A DNA stretch of 64,000 bases from Eledone cirrhosa. Lineage: Eukaryota. Below the pieces are notes generated by a model that did no database searches, was not told where the DNA came from, and worked only from the letters and a program-made list of their open reading frames with translations. The DNA lies in contig OZ024741.1 of assembly GCA_964016885.1 (NCBI GenBank), forward strand, positions 73,594,001-73,658,000, given 5' to 3'. Positions 27,449 through 40,244 of this stretch are shown here, one piece after another. The position numbers and the translations under genes were made by a program. Each line of letters starts with the position of its first letter. The stretch's first letter is position 1.

Positions 27449-27563
27449 AGAGAGAGAGAGAGTGAGAGAGAGAGATACATACATGCACATATATATATAT
27501 GTATATGAATATAATGTAGGATGTGAGTTTTATTGTATGTATATATATTTATGAGTGTGTGTG

Positions 27564-27601
<38 letters not shown>

Positions 27602-27609
27602 CTTACCTC

Positions 27610-27649
<40 letters not shown>

Positions 27650-27653
<4 letters not shown>

Positions 27654-28078
27654 GGAAAAAATGAAACGAAATTTCATTTCCCACTCTTAGGAAGGCTGTT
27701 ACTTAAATACAAGTATGTATACGTACATACATATATGTATACAGACGTACAGTAGTATGTATATATATATACATACATGCACATACATATATATGTACGT
27801 ATGGATTCACCGAACATTTATTATAATGCTCGGTGTGTTTGTAAACAAACATCCCGTATTAAGCCGTAGTGTCTAGCAACCATCGTTGCTCGTTTGTCCA
27901 ACACTGCCAAAGGAACGCTGTACTAGTTTCAAGCTTATTAGCTATCGTCAGCAACGTATACCTTCCTGCCAGATGATTGAACGCCTGAAAGTATATACTT
28001 TCCTTATGCATATTAACGGCTGAGCAGCCTAATTTGCATATCGAGTGGGTTAATCGGCCGGGTGCACCGAAAACCATA
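27650..28078 (-). mobile_element. Retrozyme-like monomer (~430 bp)
   Basis: Same family as 48417-49540. The 3' end abuts (TA)n. Confidence 0.8.
27915..27957 (-). ncRNA. Minimal type I hammerhead ribozyme
   Basis: acgttg-CTGACGA-tagctaataagctt-GAAAC-ta-GTA-cagcgt. 6-bp stem I and palindromic ACTAGT stem III. Confidence 0.85.
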
Positions 28079-28089
28079 CGTGTGTGTGT

Positions 28090-28157
<68 letters not shown>

Positions 28158-28194
28158 ATGTATGTATCTCTCTTTCCTTCTCTCCATTTCTCTT

Positions 28195-28272
<78 letters not shown>

Positions 28273-28278
<6 letters not shown>

Positions 28279-28376
28279 AGAAATGTAAACTATCGCCGTA
28301 GTTTAGTCAAAATACGGCGATAGCTTACATTTCTAATAATTTCTAACCCACTCGCTGTTTCGAAAATATTCTTACT

Positions 28377-28380
<4 letters not shown>
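28273..28380. repeat. Short fold-back of the 3' tail of the 57341-57690 SINE, in (TA)n
   Basis: attattagaaatgtaaactatcgccgta / tacggcgatagcttacatttctaataat. tttagtcaaaatacggcgata is shared with 57663-57683. Confidence 0.8.
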
Positions 28381-28414
<34 letters not shown>

Positions 28415-30054
28415 TATATATATATAAACATGTGTGTGTGCACGCGCACGTAGCGGGTGTGTGAGAAAGTCATAGAATTTCTCTATCTTCCGACTTAAAT
28501 GAGTCCTTATTTCCTCACAGTTTCTTAAAGGTTCTGGCAGAAAGAATACTACCAGAAAGTTTAAGGCAATGAGGGTTCACATCAAGCCGATCAACCACTA
28601 GCATAATATTCTCATAGTGCGAGCTTTAGGAAAAGTGCCATGAACAACGAAAGGAGCTTCACACTATCTTTGTATATCTAACTAAATCATTTGAAACTTT
28701 TAGCATCTTAGGTCTATTTACGGTGCAGCTCTAAGTGCGCTGCTCTCGAACTTTGCTCAAGCTAACTATCTTCTTCCTTAAAAATTAGATGCCACGATAC
28801 AGTATTGAAAGCCACAGTGCAATTTGAGGTTCAGACAGTTTCAAGCCGGATTCAGTCGTGTTGAGGCGCTAAGAATATGGTGCCACACGTATATAAAGTC
28901 TCCAAAATATTTCGTTGGCTTGGGAATGACAAACACATTTAATTTGAATATAAAGTTGGTCCTCTTCACTCGATGCCCTAAGTAAGTGCTTATTTGATTT
29001 AAAGGTTAATCCAGCCCTTAACAGTTTTGGGTTAGTAACTTTACCGTAATCTCATGTTAACTCAAGCTTTGTGAATGGAATTGGATAGAAAGATACTGTA
29101 TGGAAACACGCCGGATGGAATCTACTTGTGATTCAAAGAGATAGTCTTGTCAAACACTGTAGCTTTCTGGTTCAGCCTGAGAACTACGTTAAGGATACAC
29201 GTTCCTACTGCGTACTTGATCACTTACACGTTAATTATTGAGTCGAGTGTTAAGTTGATCGAACCACTGAATCATCATCGTCGAAGCTGATGGAGGATCC
29301 ATCAACCCTCTCATATAAATTTGAACCTAACATGGTTACAGATGAATCGATTAGTATGAAATTACAGGAATCAATATGGATCAAATTAGATTAATCATTT
29401 TAGATGAAATCGATGTTGATCAAACTAGTGGTTGCTGGGTGTGTTCCATTATAAAACACAGTGCACTGGCAGCAACTGAATGTTCTAGAAGCTGCAGAAT
29501 ATTGAGGTGGCATTGTTGTTGTGGGATGGTAGGTTATTGAGGCTAGTAATGGGATAGGATAGGGCCAGTTGACGTTATCTGAGGGAAAAGACACACCCAG
29601 CTCTGACTCATTTGACTATAGACACCAACTTTAACATTTCGACCGATAACGACTCTCGTTTCGTAGCAATAATTAAATTAGGGAATCGATGGAATGGCCG
29701 ACATATTGTGTGTAATTAACTATTGGAGAAATATGATCATAGGTGGCCTAGTGGATACAGTGTACCCCACAAACAAACAGAAACAACGTCGGTGGTTTGT
29801 GTTCTATTACCAACAAGTCAGCCTAACTTATACATCGACCTCAGAATTTAAGTTCAAAAGTTTTGATTGAGCCTATAGTTACTGATAAATATCGATCCCC
29901 AAAATACAGTAAGCTACTAGCAGGCCAAATTTTAGGCCTATGTGATGATAGGCTATGGTATCCTGTAGCAAATGCATATGATAAGGCCATATTACTATAT
30001 GGATTATGTATAATACATATCACTGTATGGGTTATGTATAACCTATATCGTAGA

Positions 30055-30203
30055 CGGAGAATTGGATTGGTGAGTCGTTAGAACGTCGAATATATTGCTT
30101 TGCGGTATTCGTTCTGGCTCTCTAAATTCAAATCCCACCGGGGTCAACTTTGCCTTTCATCCATTCGAGGTTGATAAAAAAAAGTACCTTTCCAATACTG
30201 GGC
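30055..30203 (+). mobile_element. tRNA-derived SINE (Meta/MESC-like domain), diverged
   Basis: ttcaaatccc...caactttgcctttcatccattcgaggttgataaaa...gtacc. Confidence 0.75.
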
Positions 30204-30626
30204 CGATTCTTCCTCTATATCTCTTTCTGACTTCCTTTTCTCTCATTTACTTTCCTTCTCTGGGAGAAATTAGCTGTTTTCAAACCTGGAAAGGGGTGGG
30301 CTCCACCGGGTTTAAAATGTGCAAGTCATATCGTATGTCATTACGGTGCTTTAGGTCCGTCCGTCCTCCCATCCATCCTGTATATCCCTATTTGGGCTAG
30401 GTGTAATTTGTAGTACAATATGGGTAATGTATGATGTGTAGTAAGGAAACACGTGTTAAGCAAGGAGTCTCTATCCGGTTGCTCGATCTACTAGAAATAA
30501 CAGACAAATCGTCCACAAACTGAAGTCTTTATAAAAGAATGAGATATTGGATATGTAGTCTTATATAATCGAAAGAGATTAGAAAAGTCGTGCATGGAAC
30601 GTCAAGTAAATGACAGAATTATTAAT

Positions 30627-30743
<117 letters not shown>

Positions 30744-31019
30744 TGTGTGTGTGTGTGAGTGCGTGTGTGTTTAAAATGATTCTTCCATGATGTAGTTGTT
30801 TTGTAGATACTTGGGTGTTTCGATAAAAGTTTAGATACTAGAAAAAAGCACCGGTCCAGCACTGGAGTGGATTTTTCCTCTATATGTCTTTCACACTTCC
30901 TTTCTCTCATTGCCCAAAACATATCCTATGTTACATCATACGGTATGTCTTGGGCATTTTAAACCTTTTGGAGACCAAGACTATCAGGAGTTACAGGTCC
31001 ATACATTCATAGTTGCTAG

Positions 31020-31306
31020 GGTAATCGGCTCACGATCCTGAGTTCGATTCCCGGCAGTGGGTTGTGTCCTTGAGCAGGACACTTTATTTCACGTTACCCA
31101 GTCCACTCAACAGGCAAAAGTTAGTTGTGTCCGTAATTCGAATGGTTGGCTTTGTCACATTCTGTGTCACACTGAATCTTCATGAGAACTATGTTAAGGG
31201 TACACGTGTCTGTGGAATGCTTAGTCACTTGCACGTTAATTTCACGAGCAGGCAGTTCCATTGATCGCAGCAACTGGGACACTCGTCATCGTAACCGACG
31301 GAGTGC
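31020..31306 (+). mobile_element. Second tRNA-derived SINE family; relative at ~29100-29300
   Basis: B-box gagttcgattccc, then gtgtccttgagcaggacactt. Tail gagaactatgttaagggtacacgt...cacttgcacgttaatt is shared with 29180-29240. Confidence 0.65.
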
Positions 31307-31469
31307 TAGATTTTCCTATATCATTATATCGATTATCTGTAATCCATATCACTATTTGGGAAAGGAGTAATGTCTATGGCTATAAGGATTATACTCTCCC
31401 ATGATGTAATTGTTTTGTAGATCCTTTGCTTTCGATAAACGTTTAGATACTCGGAATAACACACATATA

Positions 31470-31692
31470 ATGGTTTCTCATTTAGGCACAAGGCCAACAA
31501 TTTAGGGGAAAAGGAAAGTCGATTAAATCGACCCCAGTGCGTTACTGGTACTTTATTTTGTCGACCCGGTAAGGATGAAAGGCAAAGTTAACCTCAGCGG
31601 GATTTGAACTCAGATCATAAAGGGCCGGCCGTAACTCAATGCTGCAAAGCATAGCGTCCGACCCTCTACCGATACTTCCAATCTACCGCCCT
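31470..31692 (-). mobile_element. Full tRNA-derived SINE (Meta/MESC-like)
   Basis: Head, core and tail match 34172-34362. Imperfect flanking duplication aataacac(ac)atataat. Confidence 0.85.
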
Positions 31693-32259
31693 CGAAATAA
31701 CACATATAATATGGACGGAAAACATTGTACCGTTTAAATGTCGATATCTTTCTTTGTTTCAGCTAGAAACAATGTGTCTGTCTGATTGACAGTCAGGCTG
31801 TCTATAGGGAGCCAATGTTTTTGTTGTTTTTTTTAAATTTCATCCAAGCCCGATAGAAAATCTACTTGACATTTATTCCAAAATGACGATGTACTCCTAC
31901 AAAATTTAACAGCGAAATAGTTTCCAGATGAATTGTTAAAACCTTTTCTTTTATATTTTAATTATTTTCTTATAATTTTTTATATTTTATTTTCATTTAA
32001 CATTATCGAAAATTTATTTCAAACAATATATTAAATGAATTGGAAATTTAAAAATGAAAAGATACAAAATATTGGAGTTTTAAATATAATTATATTATAC
32101 TATTAAGCATGCACCCGCATCCAGAAATACGAAATGCATTCTTTCACTGAGCATTTGAGAGTGTGAATGTGTAAATGTATGTATTTCTATGATGTATATG
32201 TATGTGCATAAATATTATATCATATATCATACACACACACACACATATATGTGTGTGTG

Positions 32260-32293
<34 letters not shown>

Positions 32294-32360
32294 AATATAT
32301 ATATAATATAAATATATATAAACATATATATATATAAATATATATAAATATATATACATA

Positions 32361-32418
<58 letters not shown>

Positions 32419-32428
32419 TATATACATA

Positions 32429-32524
<96 letters not shown>

Positions 32525-32764
32525 TGTGTGCGCACATGTGTGTGTCCATATATCCTCGCGGGAAGTTAAAAAAACGAATGGATTAGCATGATAAAGGAAT
32601 ACATGAAAAATTCCATTCCGTTCTTCTATCCCCAAGTGATATTGCCAACCGTTCTTTTATGTAGCTATGACTTTCACCAATACTATATTTCATTGTAATT
32701 TCTCTCTCTCCCTCTCTTTCTCTCTCTCTCAATATATATATATATATATGTATATATGTATATA

Positions 32765-32827
<63 letters not shown>

Positions 32828-33209
32828 TTACACACACTCACAGATATGTATATATAATATACTATATTATGTATGAGATAACGAAGTTTCACTTTAAAAT
32901 AATGTTATTGTATATCAAACGTTACATATGTTTCACAGATGATTCGCTCGAGGTTCTTATTGATGTGATAGACCTGACTCCTCGGCTGTGTGCATATCTG
33001 CTCTGCGGCTGTATGATTTAGACCCTTCTAATTGCAAGTATACAACACACAAAAACTGCGAGAAATACAAAGTTCCTTAAAAATCAACCAGCTATAGTAA
33101 TAACATCGAGTGCTCATATTTGTACCACCCCCAGCAATCAACAAAATTACTGTTCAACCTGCATTATGTCAGTCGCCATGCTTTGCATCATAGAGCAACA
33201 GCCCTGGCC

Positions 33210-33330
33210 ATTCTGAGTTCAAATCCCGCCGAGGTTAACTTTGCCTTTCATCCTTACGGGGTCGATAAAATATAGTACCAGTAATGTACTGGGATAATTG
33301 CTGGCCTCGTGTCAAAAATAGAAACAATTA
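33210..33330 (+). mobile_element. 5'-truncated SINE, same family
   Basis: gagttcaaatcccgccgaggttaactttgcctttcatccttacggggtcgataaaa...gaaacaatta. Confidence 0.85.
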
Positions 33331-33971
33331 TCTATATATGAATTTATCAAAGGTGTTTATCATTTTTCAATTTACAGGGAAATTCGTATATTCTGGCATC
33401 TTTATAAGGCTAGATATTAAGTATATGTATATTTATACAAATATTGGTGCAGTCTCAGTAACCCATTCTATATGTATACAGATCGTACACTTTGGCTTCT
33501 AGCGTACTTCTTAATTATATCTTAATTAATTACCAACACTAGCGCTAATTATATGAAAATTAGTACGTCCATTTCAGAATAATACTAAGATAATGTGTAT
33601 ATAAGCCTATCAAATAAATATGTTTACATGCCTACGTATATTTATATACAAATAGGTGCAGTCTCGGTTACCAGCTCTCTATGTATACAGATATAACTTA
33701 TATATATAATTATGCCTCATCTATACGTATAAATGGTATGTTTATGTGCATAGTCATGCATCTTTCGTTGGTGGAGTACTTTTCCCTGAATTAGTATTTC
33801 ATACCTCTGAATCACGTGACCATGGTAGCATGACATGCAATGAAGGTCAAAACAATGTGTGTGTTTGTGTGGGGGCTGAGATGCGATTAGTTTAACATTA
33901 CTGATGGCTTCAATCTGAAATTTTGTCATGTCTTATGTGCAACACAAAAACTACACACTTATACATAGAGA

Positions 33972-34002
<31 letters not shown>

Positions 34003-34171
34003 CCAGAAAACCAGAACATACAAAGATACACATATATACATTCATAAACAAACATACACATACATACATGAACATACCATAATTCATAAACATACCATGA
34101 TGGCTGCCCTCTCGTTATCTAGTATGGCCATTGCACGATATAGCATTATTAATAATTATTAATTAATGCTA

Positions 34172-34362
34172 AGGGTGGTGGATTGGCAGTGTCGGTAGAG
34201 GGTCTGAAGCTATGCTTTGCAGCAAAGAGTTACGCCCCTTTATGGTTTGAGTTCAAATCCCGCCGAGGTTAACTTTGCCTTTCATCCTTACGGGGTCGAT
34301 AAAATAAAGTACCAGTAATGTATTGGGTATTTGCTGGCCTTGTGCCAAAAGTAGAAACAATT
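34172..34362 (+). mobile_element. Full tRNA-derived SINE (Meta/MESC-like)
   Basis: A-box tggcagtgtcggtag, B-box gagttcaaatcc, core cctttcatccttacggggtcgataaaataaagtaccag, tail ggccttgtgccaaaagtagaaacaatt. Confidence 0.88.
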
Positions 34363-34469
34363 AATTAATGCTATCGTGCAATGCCTGTGCGAGAAAATTT
34401 TTTAAAGTGAGGTACGACTGTGCACTGAGCCAATCCCACGCTCTGAGCGACAGTAGCTATAATCTGAAA

Positions 34470-34909
34470 AGATCAACATCATCGGTAACTACTGAGCTGC
34501 AGGTTTTATCTCGGAGTTATCCCAGTTGCCTGAGTTGCCTGAGTTGCCTTCTCCTAGAAGAATGCCCTGACAAAGGCTAGGGGTCCTTCACTCCCAGTGG
34601 TTTAACCGCGCGATCGGGTATACCAAAAAGAAGAACAAGTCAACATCATTGGATACCATCAGGGTTGCAGGTGTTATATCAGAGTTTTCCTTCTCCTAGA
34701 ATTCTGCCTTGACAAAGATTAAGGGGTCATCTCTCCCGGTGATTTTGGATGGCCATTGACTCTTACGAGCTCCTTTGCCCTTTGACAGGTTTTGTTTTTA
34801 CTACTGCAGGATGTCCAAAGTCACTCTCCTCACCAAGAGACCTTGGTGGGGTTGCCAGTTTAGTCGCCAACGACCCGACCATGAGACAGGTTGTACTGGG
34901 ATACATGAC
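34470..34909 (-). mobile_element. RTE 5'-UTR-like non-autonomous element
   Basis: Two copies of a gagttttccttctcctaga...gacaaag(g)ctagggg block that I recall from RTE-related repeats. HDV-like fold at its 5' end. Confidence 0.45.
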
Positions 34910-35460
34910 ATACATACATACATACATACATACATACATACATACATACATACATACATACATACATACATACATACATACACAAATTCATTCACCAACA
35001 ATATATGTATGATTTTGAAATAAACCTTGTTCGATATCATGTCAATTTTCATAGAATGAAGGTGGATGATAAAATAATTACTTGATGAACTGGGATGACA
35101 ATGAAACTGAGAATTGTAATTTAGATTGCTTGTTAATCCATGGTTTGAATAAAGTTAGTACAATATACATTTTATATACTGAGATTTTATATACTGAGAT
35201 TTTATTGTTTAAAATTAATTTACAGTAGTTAGTTGTTTCATTCGATGATGAAATCATCAGGGCTTTCGAGTGATGTCATCACGGAATGAAACAGAACTCG
35301 TCCTGTAAATGTCATCTTTCAATAAAATATCGTAACCTCACTACCCCGATGTATTGAGTATATATCTTTAACTATGGGTCCTTCCCGTTCTTTAAGTGAA
35401 TCATACTTAAAACTATATATACAAACTGATAGTCAAACGCACACTCAAACACACACACAA

Positions 35461-35515
<55 letters not shown>

Positions 35516-35531
35516 ATCTATATATATATAT

Positions 35532-35578
<47 letters not shown>

Positions 35579-35726
35579 TATGTGTGCATGGCAATAACCA
35601 CACACACTTATATGTATATATATATATATATATGTGTGTGTGCGTGTGTGTGTGTGCGTGTGTGTGTGTGTGTGTGTGTATTTGTGTGTGTGCGTATGTG
35701 CGTGTGTGTGTATGTGCGCATGTGCG

Positions 35727-35801
<75 letters not shown>

Positions 35802-36522
35802 CAACAACCACACACACACACAAAGACACAGAAACATTTTGCGTGTTTAAAATATCTAGATGTTTCAAATTGTTTTAATTTTTTTTTTAGTTTAAGATAG
35901 ATTGAAGACTCAGACTGCAGTTTCATGTATTCATATATTCATTACTTGAATTATAATCTAACATTAGTCATGGCTTCTTGAACTTTGTAGCGGAGAGAGA
36001 GAGAGAGGGGGGGGGGTGATAGGAAAATTACCAAACTGTTGCAGCCTATACCTTGTTATTATCGTCTGCTTCTTTCATTCGTATAAGCCATTACATGGTA
36101 TATTCTTCATCCATGACACACCATCTTAATCAAGGCTATGTTATATAAGATATACTAAGTGAAATATTGTCTGCAGTGAAACTACAGTAATCATAGAAAT
36201 TATAGTTTAAAAAAAGCGGGAAAGAAGATATCCATAACGTAAGATTTTGATCCAGTTTGTGATATCTGAAATATTACTGTCTGCGACGAAGCATAATAAA
36301 TATATATATATTATATATATATAAATAAAACCGTTACTTTTGAAAAAAAAAATGGGATCAGCTATGATAAATCATAAGTACAAATTATGTATATATATAC
36401 ACGCCTGCTTGCATGGCGTGCATATAAGAAAATAAGAACGCTTTCTTTTATCACACACGTGTAAAAATATGGGAAAAAAAGTTGAAAATGTAATTGGAGT
36501 TCTTAAGAAGATTTATTTACAA

Positions 36523-36563
36523 TAACTTTACCGGTTTCACAGTTTAATGATTTTCAAAAGTTA
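36523..36563 (-). ncRNA. Minimal type I hammerhead, U3-A8 core variant
   Basis: taactt-TTGAAAA-tcattaaactgt-GAAAC-cg-GTA-aagtta, then AATAAA. Perfect 6-bp stem I, weak stem II. Confidence 0.6.
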
Positions 36564-37199
36564 AGTAAGATGACGAGATGTGTGGTTATGTCGTGATGCT
36601 TCCCGCGTTTGACGGGTTGAAAAATATTTTTTCAATTTCTACAAACTCAGATTGCTATCTCTTTAAAGTACAGTTTGATTGGTTGTGGATGATAACGTAA
36701 TTGAGTATAGGGTTTTGTAGATTTTGTGCCAAACATTAAGAATGTCATGGTTCAATGAACGTGGCTAATGATATTCCCCAAATGAATTCATGTCTATTTT
36801 GGTGTGTTAAGTAGTCAAGTCTATAGAATTGTAATTCAGTGACCGTGGATAGCGACAATCCCCAAAAAATCAAATGTGCAGGGATTTTATTTAAATATGT
36901 GTGTGTGTTTGTGTGTGTGTGAGAGAGAGAGTGTGTGTGTGTGTGTGAGTGTATGTATGTGTGTTTGAGTGAGTGTGTGAGAGAGAGTATGTGTTTGTGT
37001 GAGAGAGAGACAGAGAGTGTGCGTATGTGTGGGAGAGAGCGTGTGTGTGAGAGAGAGAGAGAGAGCGTGTGTGAGTGTATGTATGTGTGTTTGAGTGAGT
37101 GTGTGAGAGAGAGAGAGTGTGTGTGGGTCTGGGTGTGTGACAGAGATAGAGTGTGTGTGTGGGTGTGGGTGTGGGTGTTTGTGTGTGTGTGTGTGTGTA

Positions 37200-37585
37200 G
37201 AACCAAGCCAGGCGATTTGCCCCTCATGCAGCATGCATTGCGTCCCATATTTCCTTCGCTGTTGTCGGTATTTTTTATCGAGAGCCGCGGCAAGACAGCG
37301 AGTGAGGCTCTGAAGTCCATCCCTCGATCCGACCCGCCACCGCTCCCAAATACTTGGGTGAAGTATCCCTGAATAACTGCTCGTATCTGCTTGGGATCAA
37401 GTACCATGCACCCATCGTAGTCCGCCAAAGACCGGATTGTGGATTTGTTGCCATGTCTCGCCTCCGCCACTCGGACCCATTGAATGGATTTTGTCTCCTC
37501 GTGTTTAAGATCACGTGCGTTAGATCTGACACCGCCGACTTCGTGCTTAGTGATTCAATCAGCAAACTGAACAAGAATTGCACGT
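37200..37585 (-). mobile_element. Degraded Tx1 ORF2 fragment
   Basis: AEARHGNKSTIRSLADYDG...DRGMDF...KSPGL is homologous to 15730-16100. Confidence 0.8.
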
Positions 37586-37725
37586 GAGTGTGTGTGTATA
37601 TATATTTATATATATATATGTGCGTTATGTTGTTATGGTTCAGTAAATAGCCGAGTTCAAAATAATTTTATCTCTGTGTGTGGGGGAGTAGCGTTTGAGT
37701 ACAGGGGGTCATGTGATAACAGTAA

Positions 37726-37919
37726 TAATAACTGTTTCTACTTTTGGCACAAGGCCAGCTATTACTCAGTGTATTACTGGTACTTTATTTTATAAACCCC
37801 GTAAGGATGAAAGGCAAAGTTAACCTCGGCGGGATTTGAATTCGGAATGGCAAGGGCCGTAACTCAATGCGTCAAAGCATGACGTCCGACCCTCTACCGA
37901 CACTGCCAATCCACCGCCC
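37726..37919 (-). mobile_element. Full tRNA-derived SINE (Meta/MESC-like)
   Basis: Reverse complement of the 34172-34362 family. Confidence 0.88.
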
Positions 37920-37987
37920 TTACTGCCAATCCACCGTAATAATAATGGTAATAATAATAGCAAACTGAACAAGAATGTTGCGCGCAA

Positions 37988-38074
<87 letters not shown>

Positions 38075-38119
38075 CGTGCGTGTTTCTGTGTGTGTGTGTG
38101 TGTGTGGATAGTCCTCGGT

Positions 38120-39000
38120 AAATGTTTCTCGTTAGAGTGTATTCAGACGTGGTTTATCTTTTTGAATGAATAATATTTTCTTTATTTGCTCATGTTTGGT
38201 TCGTGGTATTGTCTGGACAAAGGTAAAGTGGGAAGACTTGGAATTTGATGGACTTATTTGTTACATTAAGCCCACTAAGTAGTATATATATGGTGACGGG
38301 GTCCTGTATTAGTTAGCAATAAATTGTCATTCTGTTTCTGAGGGTGAGTTGGGTTTGCCCTATGGAATCTTCGTTACATCCTTTCATTTAATAGCATATA
38401 TTAAACTTTTTGATGAACAGATGAAATGATTTTTCACAAAAAAATGTTTGTCCAGATTTAAATTTATACAGTTAAAGTTTGCCTTTAATGAGGTTAATAC
38501 AAGTTCCACAATTAGTGCGACCACACATTTGGGTTTCGTAATTCTTCAATATCTATAGCTTTGCAACGTTCTATTCCGTTGTCTATTAATAATAATGGGT
38601 ACTGCCTTTTAAGTAGAAATATTTTTTTAATTCTTCGAGTCTTTTATTCCGAGTTTCCAAATTTGTGACAGCTCTGCAAATTCTTCTCACTAGATTAGAT
38701 AGAATTTTGTGAGATGGAAAGCAAGTATTGTTTAGAATGGTCGATGTCAGTTTCAATTTTTGTCCAGGAATGGAAGTTGGTCCTAACTATATTCTATTAT
38801 TAATTGGATATTATAATTGAAATAGTTCAGTTGGTCGAGTGTGTACGTCCATAAGATAAGGCAGTCATCCAAGTAACGTTTCCAGTTGTGTAGCAAATAT
38901 TTGTGAAAATTCAAGTCGTATTTTAATCTGGATTGTTCATATATTTGGATTTCCAGATATGCCTGAACTAAATTAACATATCGGAGCAACCATCGACGTC
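38120..39000 (-). mobile_element. Degraded Penelope-like element (Neptune-like)
   Basis: YVNLVQAYLE...WKRYLDDCLILW, LPFLD..IETDI, and GIY-YIG LIYAIK*KGCNEDSIGQT..LRNRM. Confidence 0.75.
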
Positions 39001-39211
39001 CCCAGATATTTTGTTTGTAAATATTGCCATTGAAATAAAGATATGTTTTGTCGAATTAATTTTAGTCATTAGGCGATGAAATATATATATATGCATACAT
39101 ACATACATGCATACATATATATATATATATGTTCTGTTATTAATTCTGGCAATATTACACAAATATGACCCTCCCCAAGTATAACAATATATATATATAT
39201 ATATATACATG

Positions 39212-39287
<76 letters not shown>

Positions 39288-39290
<3 letters not shown>

Positions 39291-39550
39291 TTCCATTACC
39301 ATTGTAAGGGGTCTGACGAGCCGCGGTTTACAGAGTCGGGCTAGATAGATACAGATCGAACCATGAGCTGATCAGTGGCGAAACGCGCGTCACCAACCAA
39401 TAAACGTAATGAAAGAGTAACCAATCGTCCTTGTTTTATTTTATTTTACTATAATACACTCTGTCTAGCTCTACACCTCGACACAGAAGTGAACCTAAAC
39501 ATCGAGTACTCATCCGGGTGAACCTACAGTAACTCCAAATTACACTCCCT

Positions 39551-39552
<2 letters not shown>
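39288..39552 (+). mobile_element. Solo PLE-type 3' end between (TA)n tracts
   Basis: Hammerhead, AATAAA at 39399 and a ctcga/tcgagtactc hairpin. Confidence 0.7.
39310..39394 (+). ncRNA. Type I hammerhead ribozyme
   Basis: ggt-CTGACGA-gccgc...gtggc-GAAAC-gcgc-GTC-acc. Confidence 0.85.
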
Positions 39553-39596
<44 letters not shown>

Positions 39597-39754
39597 AGAG
39601 TGAGACAAGAATAAATAAATAAATAAATAAATAAAACAAAAATGGCGTAGGCATTACAATACAGCGGGAGGAAACATTATAGTACCACTGATGATATCAC
39701 AGATGTGTGACGAAAGAACTTTGATAGACTATATATATATTTATATATATATAA

Positions 39755-40148
39755 TCTCTATATATATAAAACGGAAGATGTCTGTCTGTGTGTGTGTATG
39801 ATTTTTATGCATTTCCACATTTCTCTACCGATTTTGATGATTTTTTTCCAATGTGCTCCAAATTTCCCAAGGATGGTCAACACGTAATAACTTTTGCCAA
39901 AAATGTCCTGCTTCTATGAAAAAAGATCGATAAAACTAAATACATGCTGTAACCCTCTCTCGTACACGCTTATTCACTCTGTCTACTACCATCAATAATC
40001 TATGAAACTACATACATGTTACAACTCTATATATATATATATCACACACACACACATATACATATACATCTAAAGAGAGAAAGGGAGATGTAATAAGAGA
40101 GAGAGAGAGAGAGATAGGTCGTTATACAGAGAGAGGTACAAGATAATC

Positions 40149-40244
<96 letters not shown>

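Noticed and set aside
38370-38395. TGA at a GIY-YIG Cys position (IK*KGC), and a TGA at ~958, as selenocysteine
   Set aside because: Both elements are heavily degraded with other stops and frameshifts. Point mutation is the simpler explanation.
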